Below, piece after piece: positions 1-9,171 of a stretch of DNA of 64,000 bases. The first letter of the stretch is position 1; each line of letters begins with the position of its first letter. Origin of the DNA: an uncultured Acidobacteriaceae bacterium (GTDB taxonomy: Bacteria; Acidobacteriota; Terriglobia; Terriglobales; Acidobacteriaceae). The stretch covers positions 1,306,720-1,370,719 of the forward strand of contig CAWITO010000009.1 in assembly GCA_963839075.1 (NCBI GenBank), given 5' to 3'. Position numbers and translations under genes: made by a program. The notes under the pieces are model-generated. The model was not told the origin of the DNA and searched no databases. It saw only the letters and a program-made list of their open reading frames with translations.

Positions 1-1463
1 TCTTCGTGACGCGTCCCTGAGTAGTAGACGTCGGTTAGTTTGTCGAAGGATAGCTTGCCGTCGTTCTTCGCCGGGCCGAGCGTTGCCTCACGGCCATACG
101 TCGATCGTCCGATGGCATCAAGGTGGCGCATGTTCTTGTAGCCGGCTTGGTTCTTGAAATCGGGGCCAAGATTCTTTCCTCCCAGCACCTGTTGAATGCC
201 ACTTTTCAGCAGGCCCCCGGGCAGCCCGTGCTCAAATCCCTGGTGAAAATTGCGTACTGGGTAGAGCTCTTCTTTGATCCAGCTGCCCTCGACGCGGGTT
301 TGGTATGCAGCCAGGGCCGCGCTGGAGTGGTCCCCCACGCGCATGGATTCGAACGCGGTCTCCGCCGCCAGCATCCCGCTCTTGATCGCCAGGTGGATTC
401 CTTTTAGCCGCTGAGAATTGAGCATGCTCGCCGAATCGCCCAGGGTCATCCATCCCTTACCGGACAGTTTTGGCATGGTGAGCCAGCCGCCATAAGGCAG
501 GGTCTTGGCGCCATAGCGCACCATCTTGCCTCCTTCCAGCAGCGGCCGCACCAGCGAATGCTCCTTGAACGACTGAAAGACATGCTGGGGATCCAAGCGA
601 GGGTCCTGATAATCGAGACCCACGACATACCCCACCGAAAGCAAGGTATCGGAGATGCCGTAAATCCACGCCCCGCCATACTCGTACCAGGTGAGGGGAT
701 AGCCCAGGGTGTAGATCACCTCACCCTTGGAAACACGCCCTGCCGGGACCTCCCACAACTCCTTGACGCCCACGCCATAGGTCTGCGCGTGCTCCGGATC
801 TTCCAGCTCGAAGTGCTGGATCAGCTGCTTGGTGCACGATCCTCGCGCGCCTTCGGCCAGGATGGTAATCTTCGAACGCAAATCGTATCCCGGTTCAAAG
901 TTAGCCTTGGGGTTCCCTTGCTTATCAACCCCCTTGTCTTCGGTGCGTACACCCACGACACCATCGTCTTCGAACAGCAATTCGCTACCGGCAAACCCGG
1001 TAAAGATGGTGATCCCGGCCGCCTCTACCTTGGCCGCCAGCCACTTCACGAACTTGTTGATCGAGATGATGTAGTTCCCGTGGTCGCGCAGCGGCGGCGG
1101 CACGATGGGAAATTTGTAGTGACCTGCGGTCGTAAGGTAGTAGACCGACTCCTTGATCACCTCCGCATCCAGGGGAGCTTCCGCCTCGAACCCCGGCAGC
1201 AACTCGCGCATCGAGCGCGGGTCCAGGAGGGCACCGGAAAGACAGTGCTGCCCCACCTCGCGCGCCTTCTCCAGCACGTAAATGTTTTCCTTGGAAATCG
1301 GTGGCGACGAAGAACTGATCAACGCAAGCTGATCGTTGTGCGCGTCGATCAGTTGCGAGAGTCTCAAGGCGCAAGCCATTCCGGCAGGGCCGCCGCCAAT
1401 GATGACGACATCCGCTTCCATCTGCGGCCGCTCGATGCCTTCGATCGGTTTGCGGAATTGCAT
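1..1463 (-). CDS. Electron-transfer flavoprotein:ubiquinone oxidoreductase (ETF-QO), C-terminus cut by window edge
   Basis: Absent from the ORF track because it runs off the left edge. My translation from ATG at 1463 reads MQFRKPIEGIERPQMEADVVIIGGGPAGMACALRL... (FAD GGGPAG fold). Near position 1 it reads ...DGKLSFDKLTDVYYSGTRHEE. The frame is continuous (1461 = 3 + 3x486). The long + ORF 558..1682 is its antisense shadow. Confidence 0.85.
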   Translation of the reverse strand, partial: MQFRKPIEGIERPQMEADVVIIGGGPAGMACALRLSQLIDAHNDQLALISSSSPPISKENIYVLEKAREVGQHCLSGALLDPRSMRELLPGFEAEAPLDAEVIKESVYYLTTAGHYKFPIVPPPLRDHGNYIISINKFVKWLAAKVEAAGITIFTGFAGSELLFEDDGVVGVRTEDKGVDKQGNPKANFEPGYDLRSKITILAEGARGSCTKQLIQHFELEDPEHAQTYGVGVKELWEVPAGRVSKGEVIYTLGYPLTWYEYGGAWIYGISDTLLSVGYVVGLDYQDPRLDPQHVFQSFKEHSLVRPLLEGGKMVRYGAKTLPYGGWLTMPKLSGKGWMTLGDSASMLNSQRLKGIHLAIKSGMLAAETAFESMRVGDHSSAALAAYQTRVEGSWIKEELYPVRNFHQGFEHGLPGGLLKSGIQQVLGGKNLGPDFKNQAGYKNMRHLDAIGRSTYGREATLGPAKNDGKLSFDKLTDVYYSGTRHE

Positions 1464-1469
1464 GCAGCT

Positions 1470-2450
1470 CTAGGCTTTGGCTTTCTTAATCTCTTCGGTA
1501 AGCGCGGGAACCACGTCGAACAAATTGCCCACCACGCCATAATCGGCAATCTCGAAGATGGGGGCTTCTACGTCTTTATTGATGGCCACAATCGTGCGCG
1601 CGCCCTTCATGCCGACGATGTGCTGGATGGCGCCGCTGATTCCCAGAGCGATATACAGTTTGGGTGCGACCGTCTGACCTGAACTCCCGATCTGCCGCTC
1701 CAGCGGGAGCCAACCGTTATCGCAGATAGGCCGCGAAGCCGCCAGCTCACCACCGAGCGCCTTGGCCAGTTCCTCGGCAATGACGACATTCTTTTGTTCC
1801 TTGATGCCGCGGCCGATGGCCACGATCACTTCTGCCTGGGAAAGGTCGACAGCCTGTTTTGCTTCCTGAAACACCTCATGCGGAGTAATCCGCAAAGCCG
1901 GCGGTGCGGACGCTTCAACCTTCTCCACCGTAGCCGACCCGCTCTCTGCCTGGTCCGCACGAAACGTGCCGATCTGGATCGTCGCCAGCCAGGGAGCGTC
2001 ACCAGCAAATGCGACGTCAGCGACGAATTTGCCCTGGAACATTTGCCGGGTAAACAGCAGTTTGCCGTTTTCGTATTTGTAGCCGACAGCGTCCGAGATC
2101 AACGTCCGATCGAGCGCCAGCGCCAGCCGGGGAGCAAAGTCACGTACCTGGTAGGTATGGGGGAACAGGACCAGCTTTGGCTGCCGGGCAGAGATGAATT
2201 CCTTCAGCGCATGCACGTAGGCGTCAGAGGTGTACGCTGCGAGCGAAGATGCTTCCAGGTCGTATACCGTGTCGACCTTATAAGCTGCCAATCCTTGAGC
2301 TAGTGCCGAAGTCTGGTCGCCGGGCAGAACAATGTCGACCGGCCATCCAGTCTCTTTGCTGATGGCCTGAGCGGCAGCGACAGTTTCCAGAGAGACGCGG
2401 TTGAGCGTACCTTCGCGCTGCTCCGCGACCACCATGATCCGATCTGACAT
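1470..2450 (-). CDS. etfA: Electron transfer flavoprotein alpha subunit
   Basis: 326 aa. The C-terminal FAD-binding region ...[31 protein letters not shown]... is typical of ETF-alpha. The gene lies 6 nt upstream of the ETF-QO start. Confidence 0.9.
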   Translation of the reverse strand: MSDRIMVVAEQREGTLNRVSLETVAAAQAISKETGWPVDIVLPGDQTSALAQGLAAYKVDTVYDLEASSLAAYTSDAYVHALKEFISARQPKLVLFPHTYQVRDFAPRLALALDRTLISDAVGYKYENGKLLFTRQMFQGKFVADVAFAGDAPWLATIQIGTFRADQAESGSATVEKVEASAPPALRITPHEVFQEAKQAVDLSQAEVIVAIGRGIKEQKNVVIAEELAKALGGELAASRPICDNGWLPLERQIGSSGQTVAPKLYIALGISGAIQHIVGMKGARTIVAINKDVEAPIFEIADYGVVGNLFDVVPALTEEIKKAKA

Positions 2451-2490
2451 AAGGGGCTACCTTGCCGCAGCGAAGCTTGGAACTCCGAGC

Positions 2491-2766
2491 TTAGAACTCT
2501 GGGGCGCCGCGCCGCAGATAGGCGCCAGTCAATCCGGCGATACCCGCCACTCCCAGCGCGAACACGAAATAGTAGAAGACCGGATGGGCCCATCCCGGAC
2601 TGTAGGTCAGATCCTGGACGATCCAGAGCAACAAGAGCACGGAGATGATCGAGAACTGACCGGCAATGACCATGAGCATGAAGCCACGGTTTCTGCGCTT
2701 GTCGAGGCGCTCTACCTGGTTGGGGGTCAGACTCCGTTCTTCGATCGGAAGCAGTAAATTGGCCAT
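2491..2766 (-). CDS. Small two-TM membrane protein (unknown function) inside the ETF operon
   Basis: ORF 2491..2790. I prefer the start at ATG 2766 (MANLLLPIEERS...), which is preceded by GAGGGA about 8 nt upstream. Two hydrophobic spans: FMLMVIAGQFSIISVLLLLWIV and VFYYFVFALGVAGIAGLTGAYL. Confidence 0.5.
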   Translation of the reverse strand: MANLLLPIEERSLTPNQVERLDKRRNRGFMLMVIAGQFSIISVLLLLWIVQDLTYSPGWAHPVFYYFVFALGVAGIAGLTGAYLRRGAPEF

Positions 2767-2801
2767 CCCTATTTCCCTCACGCGTAACACTGCATTGTAC
2801 T

Positions 2802-3572
2802 TTAAATCACTCGTGCTTCATTCTTCAGCTGTTCCACCAGCTTCCGTGCCACCTCGGCAGGTGGCCCCTCGAGCATGGCGGTCTTCTTTTGCTTCACGGG
2901 TACATACAGCCGCTCAATTTGCTGCTGGTTCTTGCTCAGCTTGGCCTCCACCTCGGCCCAGGCCACCTTACGCAGCGGCTTCATCTTGGCTTGTTTGATA
3001 CCGATCAGCGTGGCGTAGCGCAGCTTGTTGATGCCGCTCTGAATGGTGAGCACAGCGGGCAGGGGAACATCGACATGTTGATAGCGCCCGGCCTCGAGTT
3101 CACGCTTCAGGCGCAGGCCGCTGTCAGTTTTCTCTATGCCGATGATGATGGTGGCGTGCGGCCAGCCCAAAACCTCCGCCAGCAGCACTCCCGTTTGCGC
3201 GAAGCCAAAATCGTCTGATTGCAGTCCGGTCACAATCAAATCGAAGCTTTCGCCGGCGATGGCGGCGGCCAGCGCACGCGCTACATTGGCGGCGTCCAGC
3301 GTGGCGAATCGGTCGTCCTCTAAATGAATGGCGCGATCGGCGCCTTTGGCCAGCGCCTCACGCAAAACCTGCTGCGAACGCGCCGGGCCTGCGGTGACCA
3401 CCACGACCTCGCCGCCGTGCTTCTCCTTCTGTCGCAGAGCTTCTTCGAGCGCATAGGCGTCTGGCTCGTTCACCTCGTAGGAGACATCTTCACGAATCCA
3501 GGTGCCGGCTTCGTTGAGCTTGAGCGGTGCATCCTTCTGCGGAACCTGCTTGATGCAGACAAGTATTTTCAT
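2802..3572 (-). CDS. etfB: Electron transfer flavoprotein beta subunit
   Basis: 256 aa starting MKILVCIKQVPQKDAPLKLNE..., the classic ETF-beta N-terminus. Confidence 0.9.
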   Translation of the reverse strand: MKILVCIKQVPQKDAPLKLNEAGTWIREDVSYEVNEPDAYALEEALRQKEKHGGEVVVVTAGPARSQQVLREALAKGADRAIHLEDDRFATLDAANVARALAAAIAGESFDLIVTGLQSDDFGFAQTGVLLAEVLGWPHATIIIGIEKTDSGLRLKRELEAGRYQHVDVPLPAVLTIQSGINKLRYATLIGIKQAKMKPLRKVAWAEVEAKLSKNQQQIERLYVPVKQKKTAMLEGPPAEVARKLVEQLKNEARVI

Positions 3573-3845
3573 TTAGAGAAATGCCACCGACTGCAGGCTT
3601 GATACCTCGAATCGCTTGCGGCAGCGCACGTTCTTGCAGCCGACCGCGTCATCCTTGCGCACCATGTACGACTGAGCTTTGGCAAAGCGGGCGCGATCGC
3701 GGTCGTCCGGCCTGCCATGCAGCTGTGCTTTCTTTCGACGCACCAGCCATCCCACTTCATATTCTTCTTCCTTGCCGCAGTGAGGGCAAGTGAGCGTATG
3801 TTTCCGCTGTTCTGCTTTTTCGTCGAAGAAGTCTCGTTCTTCCAT
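3573..3845 (-). CDS. Small 4-Cys zinc-ribbon-like protein (90 aa), first gene of the ETF operon
   Basis: Inner ATG at 3845 of ORF 3573..4106: MEERDFFDEKAEQRKHTLTCPHCGKEEEYEV...VGCKNVRCRKRFEV (CxxC ... CxxxxC). Its TAA abuts the etfB ATG (TAAATG). The upstream 87 codons of the long ORF look non-coding (Cys/Pro/Leu-rich). Confidence 0.5.
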   Translation of the reverse strand: MEERDFFDEKAEQRKHTLTCPHCGKEEEYEVGWLVRRKKAQLHGRPDDRDRARFAKAQSYMVRKDDAVGCKNVRCRKRFEVSSLQSVAFL

Positions 3846-3953
3846 TGGCCTGAGCCCTGCTTTCCCGACGGCCGAGGAAACTCCGTCCGCCGAAAGTATA
3901 AGAAGTATTCCATACTTGCACTGGGATTCCCATCGCAAGCAGGATGGCGGGAA

Positions 3954-4154
3954 ATGGCGGAGGCAATGGCAAAACGAAAGCGGCGGCCGGAGAAGTTCTC
4001 TGTTGTCAAAGCCGTAAAGGCCAATGCCCGCGAGCGGGTGGGTCAGCCACGGCCCGAGCGGGTGATCCCCGACGCGCCCAAGCCCAATAGCCGGAAAGCC
4101 AAACACCGGGAAACTTTGACCCAGTTGCTCATTGGGAATGAGGAGGAGAGATGA
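3954..4154 (+). CDS. Small basic protein (66 aa), unknown function
   Basis: MAEAMAKRKRRPEKFSVVKAVKANARERVGQPRPERV... It overlaps the next gene by ATGA (4151..4154), which suggests translational coupling. No recognisable domain. Confidence 0.35.
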   Translation: MAEAMAKRKRRPEKFSVVKAVKANARERVGQPRPERVIPDAPKPNSRKAKHRETLTQLLIGNEEER

Positions 4155-4525
4155 CCCGAGCCACCGGCGTAGGTGGTGTTTTCCTGCGTGCTAACGACCC
4201 TGAAAAGCTACATGCCTGGTACGAAGAGCATCTCGGCATCAAGCGTACCGAGGATGGCGCGTTCGCCTTCTTCAGCGAAGGCCCGCGGGAGATGACCGTG
4301 TTCGCCTTTTTTCCACGGGACACGAAGTATTTTGGTCCCGGCGAACAGCAGGCCATGTTGAATCTGCGGGTCGATGATCTGGATGCGGTGCTGGACAAGC
4401 TGCGTACGGCGGGAACAGAGATTGATCCCAAGCGCGAAGATCACGATTACGGCCGCTTTGCCTGGTTCAACGATCCGGAGGGAAACCGGGTCGAGTTGTG
4501 GCAGCCGCCACCGGCGCTCGGATGA
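4151..4525 (+). CDS. VOC (glyoxalase/bleomycin-resistance) family protein
   Basis: 124 aa. The pattern GVFLRANDPEKLHAWYEEHLGI...YGRFAWFNDPEGNRVELWQP matches the VOC fold. Confidence 0.8.
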   Translation: MTRATGVGGVFLRANDPEKLHAWYEEHLGIKRTEDGAFAFFSEGPREMTVFAFFPRDTKYFGPGEQQAMLNLRVDDLDAVLDKLRTAGTEIDPKREDHDYGRFAWFNDPEGNRVELWQPPPALG

Positions 4526-4550
4526 TGCCGCTGGCGCTCGGATAATCAGG

Positions 4551-4579
4551 TGCGGCGCAGCCGTTAGAACTGCGCCGCA
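4551..4579. terminator. 10-bp hairpin between convergent genes (weak bidirectional terminator candidate)
   Basis: TGCGGCGCAG (4551-4560) pairs with CTGCGCCGCA (4570-4579) around a 9-nt loop. There is no clear U-run on either side. Confidence 0.35.
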
Positions 4580-4589
4580 AAGCTAAGGC

Positions 4590-4796
4590 TTAGTTGTGCG
4601 CGTGCGCCGCTTCGCTCGACTTCTTGTGAGCGTCGGTGGAGTGCTCATGGGCCAGGGTGGAGTGCTCGTGAGCCATAGTCGAGTGCTCATGAGCCGTCTT
4701 GTGGTCGCCCTTATGGTGGTGTTCGGCTGCCTTGCGATGGTGCTTGGCTGCTTCTTCGTGGTGCTCCGCGGATTTGTGGTGTGCTTCGTGTGCCAT
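4590..4796 (-). CDS. Histidine-rich small protein (68 aa, 20 His)
   Basis: MAHEAHHKSAEHHEEAAKHHRKAAEHHHKGDHKTAHEHSTMAHEHSTLAHEHSTDAHKK... with three AHEHST repeats. An AGGA sits upstream of the ATG. No signal peptide. Confidence 0.6.
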   Translation of the reverse strand: MAHEAHHKSAEHHEEAAKHHRKAAEHHHKGDHKTAHEHSTMAHEHSTLAHEHSTDAHKKSSEAAHAHN

Positions 4797-4903
4797 TAGG
4801 TTTTCCTGTGGGAGATTTCCCGGCGCGATCCTACGCGCCCGCCGGTGAAATCGTCGCCAGTAGTAGCCGAAGATTCACCGAATACGCAGGAAATTAACGA
4901 GGA

Positions 4904-5146
4904 CTAAGCGGCGGAAACGACGAATGGGTCGACGATCAGGGAGTCGATCGCGGACTGGGGCACAATTTCAGGCATGTGGACGTCGGTATAACGGCCGGCA
5001 GCGACATCGACGAAGACCACATTGGCCGTATCTTCGGTGCGGGTGGTGCTGATGTGCAGTTTCCGGACAGCCTTGATGGCCACGGTGGCGAGCAGGAACC
5101 GGTTTGCAATCTTAATGCCGGCGGAATAGACCAGTTCAGAGCGCAT
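4904..5146 (-). CDS. Possible RNA polymerase omega-like subunit
   Basis: The segment IANRFLLATVAIKAVRKLH resembles the omega core (E. coli IGNRFDLVLVAARRARQMQ). Recalled from memory, not searched. Confidence 0.45.
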   Translation of the reverse strand: MRSELVYSAGIKIANRFLLATVAIKAVRKLHISTTRTEDTANVVFVDVAAGRYTDVHMPEIVPQSAIDSLIVDPFVVSAA

Positions 5147-5310
5147 GGAGCCTCACGTTCTCGGTTAAATATCCTCTTAAGGGGACTAAGGCTCGTGGAA
5201 GACAGGATGCAAGCCGAAGCGGTACAAGCACTCCTACCAGCATACAGGCGCAGGGGTCTTGTTCCTATCGAATTCGTCCGAGTCACGCGCCCCCTGGTAA
5301 CCAGAAGGCC

Positions 5311-8244
5311 CTAGCAGCGGCCAGCGAGAACCTCAGCCAAATGTACGGCATGGCGCGGCGAGTTCTGCCGGATTTGCTCCCGGCAGCTGAATCCGTCCGA
5401 AACCAGGATAGTGTCCGGCGCAGCCGCACGCACCGCCGGCAGCAGGACGCGCTCCCCAAGTGCCTGCGACACCTCGAATTTGTCTTTCTCAAATCCGAAC
5501 GGACCGGCCATCCCGCAGCATCCGGCGTCCAGCATACTTACTTGGGCATTGGTCGCCTGCAGCAGGCTTAGCTCATCCTGCATCCCCATCAGGGCCTTGT
5601 GGTGGCAATGTCCGTGGACCACCATCGTGCGTTCATTGAGCTGTGCTGGACGATATTCCGGCGCGTGCCGGGTGAGAAACTCGCTGAGCAGGAAAGTCTG
5701 CTTCGCCAACCGCTGAGCGCGCTCGTTGGCGGGGAAGAAATTGAGCAGCTCATCCCGGAATACGCTGGCACAGCTCGGTTCGAGGATTACGAAGGGCATC
5801 CCTGCGTCAATCTGCGGGCCCAGTCTCTGCAAAATGCTTTCCAGGTAACTACGGGCCTGGTCGAGAAACCCGAAGTCGTACAGCGGGCGGCCGCAGCAGA
5901 TATGCTCAGCCGGAAACTGTACCTGGAAGCCAGCGCTGCCCAGCACTTCGTGCGCAGCGCCCAGCACCTGGGGATGGAAGTAGTTGTTCCAGGTATCGGG
6001 CCACAGTAGCACCGGGCTGCCGTTCCCTGCGCCCCGAGCCTGCTTGCGATATTCCGAGCGGAAGCTGCGCGCAGCAAATTCGGGCAAGGTGCGCTGCGGG
6101 GAAACACCGGCGATCGCTTTCACCAGGCTGCTGATTCCTGGCGTACGCATGGGTAGATTTGCCAGCCCGGGAGCGATGGACGCCATTTTCGCCCAGCGAT
6201 CCATAAACCCGAACAGGTAATGCTGCAGCGGGTGCAGCCGGCCTTCGTAGTGATGGCCCAGGAACTCAGATTTCCAGGTCGCCATATCGACGTTGACCGG
6301 GCATTCCGTCTTGCACGCTTTGCAGGAGAGGCAAAGGTCCAACGCTTCCTTTACTTCTTCGTTGCGCCATCCGTCGGTAATGGTCTTGCCCTGCAACATC
6401 TCCCACAGCAGGTGAGCCCGGCCGCGGGTGGAGTGCTTTTCTTCCCGCGTGGCCATATAGCTGGGGCACATGGTGCCGTGGTCCTGTTTGCGGCAGGCGC
6501 CTACCCCCACGCAGCGCAGCGTGGCTTCGCCAAACCCCTGTGGGTCCTGCGGATATTGGAACCACGTCTTGACCTTGGGTGTCTGATAGCCGTCTCCCAG
6601 GCGAAGGTTGTCAACCGCATCGTAGACCTGGACTGGGTCGATCATTTTGCCCGGATTCATGCCGTTTTCCGGATCCCACAGCGCCTTGAACTCCTGAAAT
6701 GCCTGCATTAGTTCCGGCCCGTACATTTTCGGCAGCAGAGCCCCACGAGACTGCCCGTCTCCATGCTCGCCGGAGAGCGACCCGCCGTGAGCCAGGACAA
6801 TGTCGGCTGCCTCATCGATAAACGCGCGGTATTTCGCGATGCCGGCGGCAGTTTCCAGATCGAAGGTGATGCGCAGGTGCACACAGCCCTGGCCAAAGTG
6901 ACCGTACATGGGAGTGGTGTACTCGTAGCGCTCCAGCAGATCGTAGATCTGGCGCAGGTAGCTGCCCAACTGGTCGGGAGGTACGGCGGAGTCCTCCCAC
7001 CCTTCCCAACCATGCTTTTCCCCGGGAACGAAGACCGTGGCGCCAAGAGCGGATTCGCGTACCTTCCAGACTCTGTGGGCTTCCGCTTCCGAGTAGCTCC
7101 GGACCGCGCAGGATTTACCGAAGGCCTGTCCGGCGAGGGTGAACTCTGCCGCGATGGCGTCTGCCTCGGCGGCGGAGTCGGCGCCGAACTCGCAGAGCAG
7201 GAAGCCACGACCCTCGGGCAGCAGCAACACGTCGTTGACCGCCAGGTGCTTGCGTAGCATGTAGTCCACCAGCAGCCCATCGAATCCCTCGAGGCCGATG
7301 GGCTTGTATTTGAGCACGGCCGGCACGTGATCGGCGGCGATGAATGGGTCGGCAAACCCCAGGACCACCAGGCGGCGATGTTGGGGACTGTGTTTGAGGC
7401 TGCAGCGGGATTCGAGCACGGTCACGCAGGTGCCTTCGCTGCCCACCAGGGCGCGGGCCACGTTGAAGCCATTTTCCGGCAACAACTCGTCGAGGTTATA
7501 GCCGGAGACGCGGCGAGGAATCCTGGGGAAGCGCTGGCGGATCAGGTCCCCGTAGGTGTCGCGAATCCGGGCAAGTCCGGCATAGATCTGGCCGCGGCGG
7601 CCGCCGCCGGCGATGATGGCCTGCAGTTCCGTCTCGCTGGTTTCGCCCACGCTCATGCGGGTGCCGTCGTACAGCAGAATCTCGAGCGATTCGATATTGT
7701 CGACCGTCTTGCCGCCCATGAGGGCGTGCACGCCACAGGAGTTGTTACCGATCATGCCACCGAGAGTGCAGCGGCTGTGGGTGGCCGGATCGGGGGCGAA
7801 GGTCAGGTCATGCTCTTCGGCGGCATCCCGCAGCCGGTCGAGCACAATGCCTGGCTGAACGCGGGCCATTTTTTTCTCCGGATCCAGCTCGAGAATCGAG
7901 CGCATGTACTTGGAGAAGTCCAGGATCACGGCCACATTGCAGCACTGCCCGGCGAGGCTGGTGCCTCCGCCTCGAGAGAGGACGGGGGCCCCAAACTCAC
8001 GGCACGCTGCCACGGTGGCCACCACATCCGCTACGTCCAGCGGCAGCACCAGCCCGATGGGTACCTGGCGGTAGTTGGAAGCATCGGTTGCGTAGAGTGC
8101 GCGCGAGGCCTGGTCGAAGCGCACTTCGCCGCGCACGACCTGCCGCAGTTTTGCTTCCAGATCCCGGGAAGCGGAAAAGCCTTCGTGAGCGTGGGGTGCG
8201 GAGGGTGCCTGCTGCAAGATAGGAAACGCGGTTGGAACGGCCAT
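5311..8244 (-). CDS. FAD-linked oxidase fused to 4Fe-4S and CCG (GlcF/HdrD-like) domains; YdiJ-type 2-hydroxyacid dehydrogenase
   Basis: 977 aa. The N-terminal half is an FAD_binding_4 domain (PVLSRGGGTSLAGQ). The middle has Cys clusters CVGVGACRKQ...CPSY and CLSCKACKTECP. The C-terminal CCG motifs are CCGRP and CCGMAG. Confidence 0.85.
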   Translation of the reverse strand: MAVPTAFPILQQAPSAPHAHEGFSASRDLEAKLRQVVRGEVRFDQASRALYATDASNYRQVPIGLVLPLDVADVVATVAACREFGAPVLSRGGGTSLAGQCCNVAVILDFSKYMRSILELDPEKKMARVQPGIVLDRLRDAAEEHDLTFAPDPATHSRCTLGGMIGNNSCGVHALMGGKTVDNIESLEILLYDGTRMSVGETSETELQAIIAGGGRRGQIYAGLARIRDTYGDLIRQRFPRIPRRVSGYNLDELLPENGFNVARALVGSEGTCVTVLESRCSLKHSPQHRRLVVLGFADPFIAADHVPAVLKYKPIGLEGFDGLLVDYMLRKHLAVNDVLLLPEGRGFLLCEFGADSAAEADAIAAEFTLAGQAFGKSCAVRSYSEAEAHRVWKVRESALGATVFVPGEKHGWEGWEDSAVPPDQLGSYLRQIYDLLERYEYTTPMYGHFGQGCVHLRITFDLETAAGIAKYRAFIDEAADIVLAHGGSLSGEHGDGQSRGALLPKMYGPELMQAFQEFKALWDPENGMNPGKMIDPVQVYDAVDNLRLGDGYQTPKVKTWFQYPQDPQGFGEATLRCVGVGACRKQDHGTMCPSYMATREEKHSTRGRAHLLWEMLQGKTITDGWRNEEVKEALDLCLSCKACKTECPVNVDMATWKSEFLGHHYEGRLHPLQHYLFGFMDRWAKMASIAPGLANLPMRTPGISSLVKAIAGVSPQRTLPEFAARSFRSEYRKQARGAGNGSPVLLWPDTWNNYFHPQVLGAAHEVLGSAGFQVQFPAEHICCGRPLYDFGFLDQARSYLESILQRLGPQIDAGMPFVILEPSCASVFRDELLNFFPANERAQRLAKQTFLLSEFLTRHAPEYRPAQLNERTMVVHGHCHHKALMGMQDELSLLQATNAQVSMLDAGCCGMAGPFGFEKDKFEVSQALGERVLLPAVRAAAPDTILVSDGFSCREQIRQNSPRHAVHLAEVLAGRC

Positions 8245-8259
8245 GTCACACCGATGGTA

Positions 8260-9150
8260 TCAAGCCGAAGGCAGGTCGATTCCGGGGAATATTTTGATGA
8301 CTGCGGAATCGTCTTCCCGCCCATATCCGGCGCTCGCCGCCTGCAGGAACATCTGGTGTGCGGTGCTCGCCAGCGGCAGTGGAAATTTGCTGGCGCGGGC
8401 GGCGTCCAATACCAGGCCCAGGTCTTTGACGAAGATGTCTACGGCCGAGAGCGGCGTGTAATCCGCGGCCAGAACGTGCGCCATGCGGTTTTCGAACATC
8501 CAGCTGTTGCCCGCGCTATGGGTGATTACCTCGTAGAGGGCTGCAGGATCAACTCCCTGGCGCAGGCCCAAAGCCATCGCCTCCGCCGCTGCGGCGATGT
8601 GTACCCCGGCGAGGAGCTGGTTGATGATCTTTACCTTGCTGCCATTGCCGGCGTTATCTCCCAGCCGGTACACCTTCGCCGCCATGGCATCGAGAGCGCC
8701 GCCCGCCTTGGCATAGGCATCCGGATGGCCGGCGGTCATCATGGTGATCTCTCCTTTGGCGGCCTTGGCGGCGCCGCCGGAAATGGGCGCGTCGAGATAG
8801 AGAATGTCTTGGTCTGCGAGGCGCTTTTCGAGAGCGATCGACCAGCCAGGGTCAACGGTAGAGCACATGATGAAGACGTTGCCAGGCTTCATGGCTGTGG
8901 CGGCGCCGGCTCCGCCGAACAAGACAGCCTCAGTCTGCGCTGCGTTGACAACCACGCTCACGAGGACTGCGCAGCTTGCGGCCACTTCGGCCGGGCTGGC
9001 GCACGCAACTCCTCCTTCGGCCGCGAATGCCTCCGCTACCTCACAGCGGAGGTCAAAGACGGAGACGTGGTAGCCCGCTCGCCGCAGCGACGTTGCCATT
9101 CCCATCCCCATCGCGCCCAAGCCGATAAGCCCAATTCGTTTTTCATTCAT
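8260..9150 (-). CDS. NAD(P)-dependent beta-hydroxyacid dehydrogenase (3-hydroxyisobutyrate dehydrogenase family)
   Basis: A Rossmann motif IGLIGLGAMGMGMATSL is followed by the family core DAPISGG and KIINQLL. Confidence 0.85.
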   Translation of the reverse strand: MNEKRIGLIGLGAMGMGMATSLRRAGYHVSVFDLRCEVAEAFAAEGGVACASPAEVAASCAVLVSVVVNAAQTEAVLFGGAGAATAMKPGNVFIMCSTVDPGWSIALEKRLADQDILYLDAPISGGAAKAAKGEITMMTAGHPDAYAKAGGALDAMAAKVYRLGDNAGNGSKVKIINQLLAGVHIAAAAEAMALGLRQGVDPAALYEVITHSAGNSWMFENRMAHVLAADYTPLSAVDIFVKDLGLVLDAARASKFPLPLASTAHQMFLQAASAGYGREDDSAVIKIFPGIDLPSA

Positions 9151-9171
9151 GACTGTTTCTCCCCACCGGCT

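Noticed and set aside
558-1682. 374-aa + strand ORF
   Set aside because: It is the mirror image of the ETF-QO and etfA genes on the minus strand. The translation is Arg/Leu/Gly-rich with no motifs, whereas the opposite frame gives clean ETF-QO sequence.
3573-4106. Full 177-aa version of the zinc-ribbon ORF
   Set aside because: The N-terminal 87 codons overlap the divergent small-protein gene and the AT-rich promoter region, and they translate to Cys/Pro/Leu-rich junk. The inner ATG at 3845 gives a compact 4-Cys protein.
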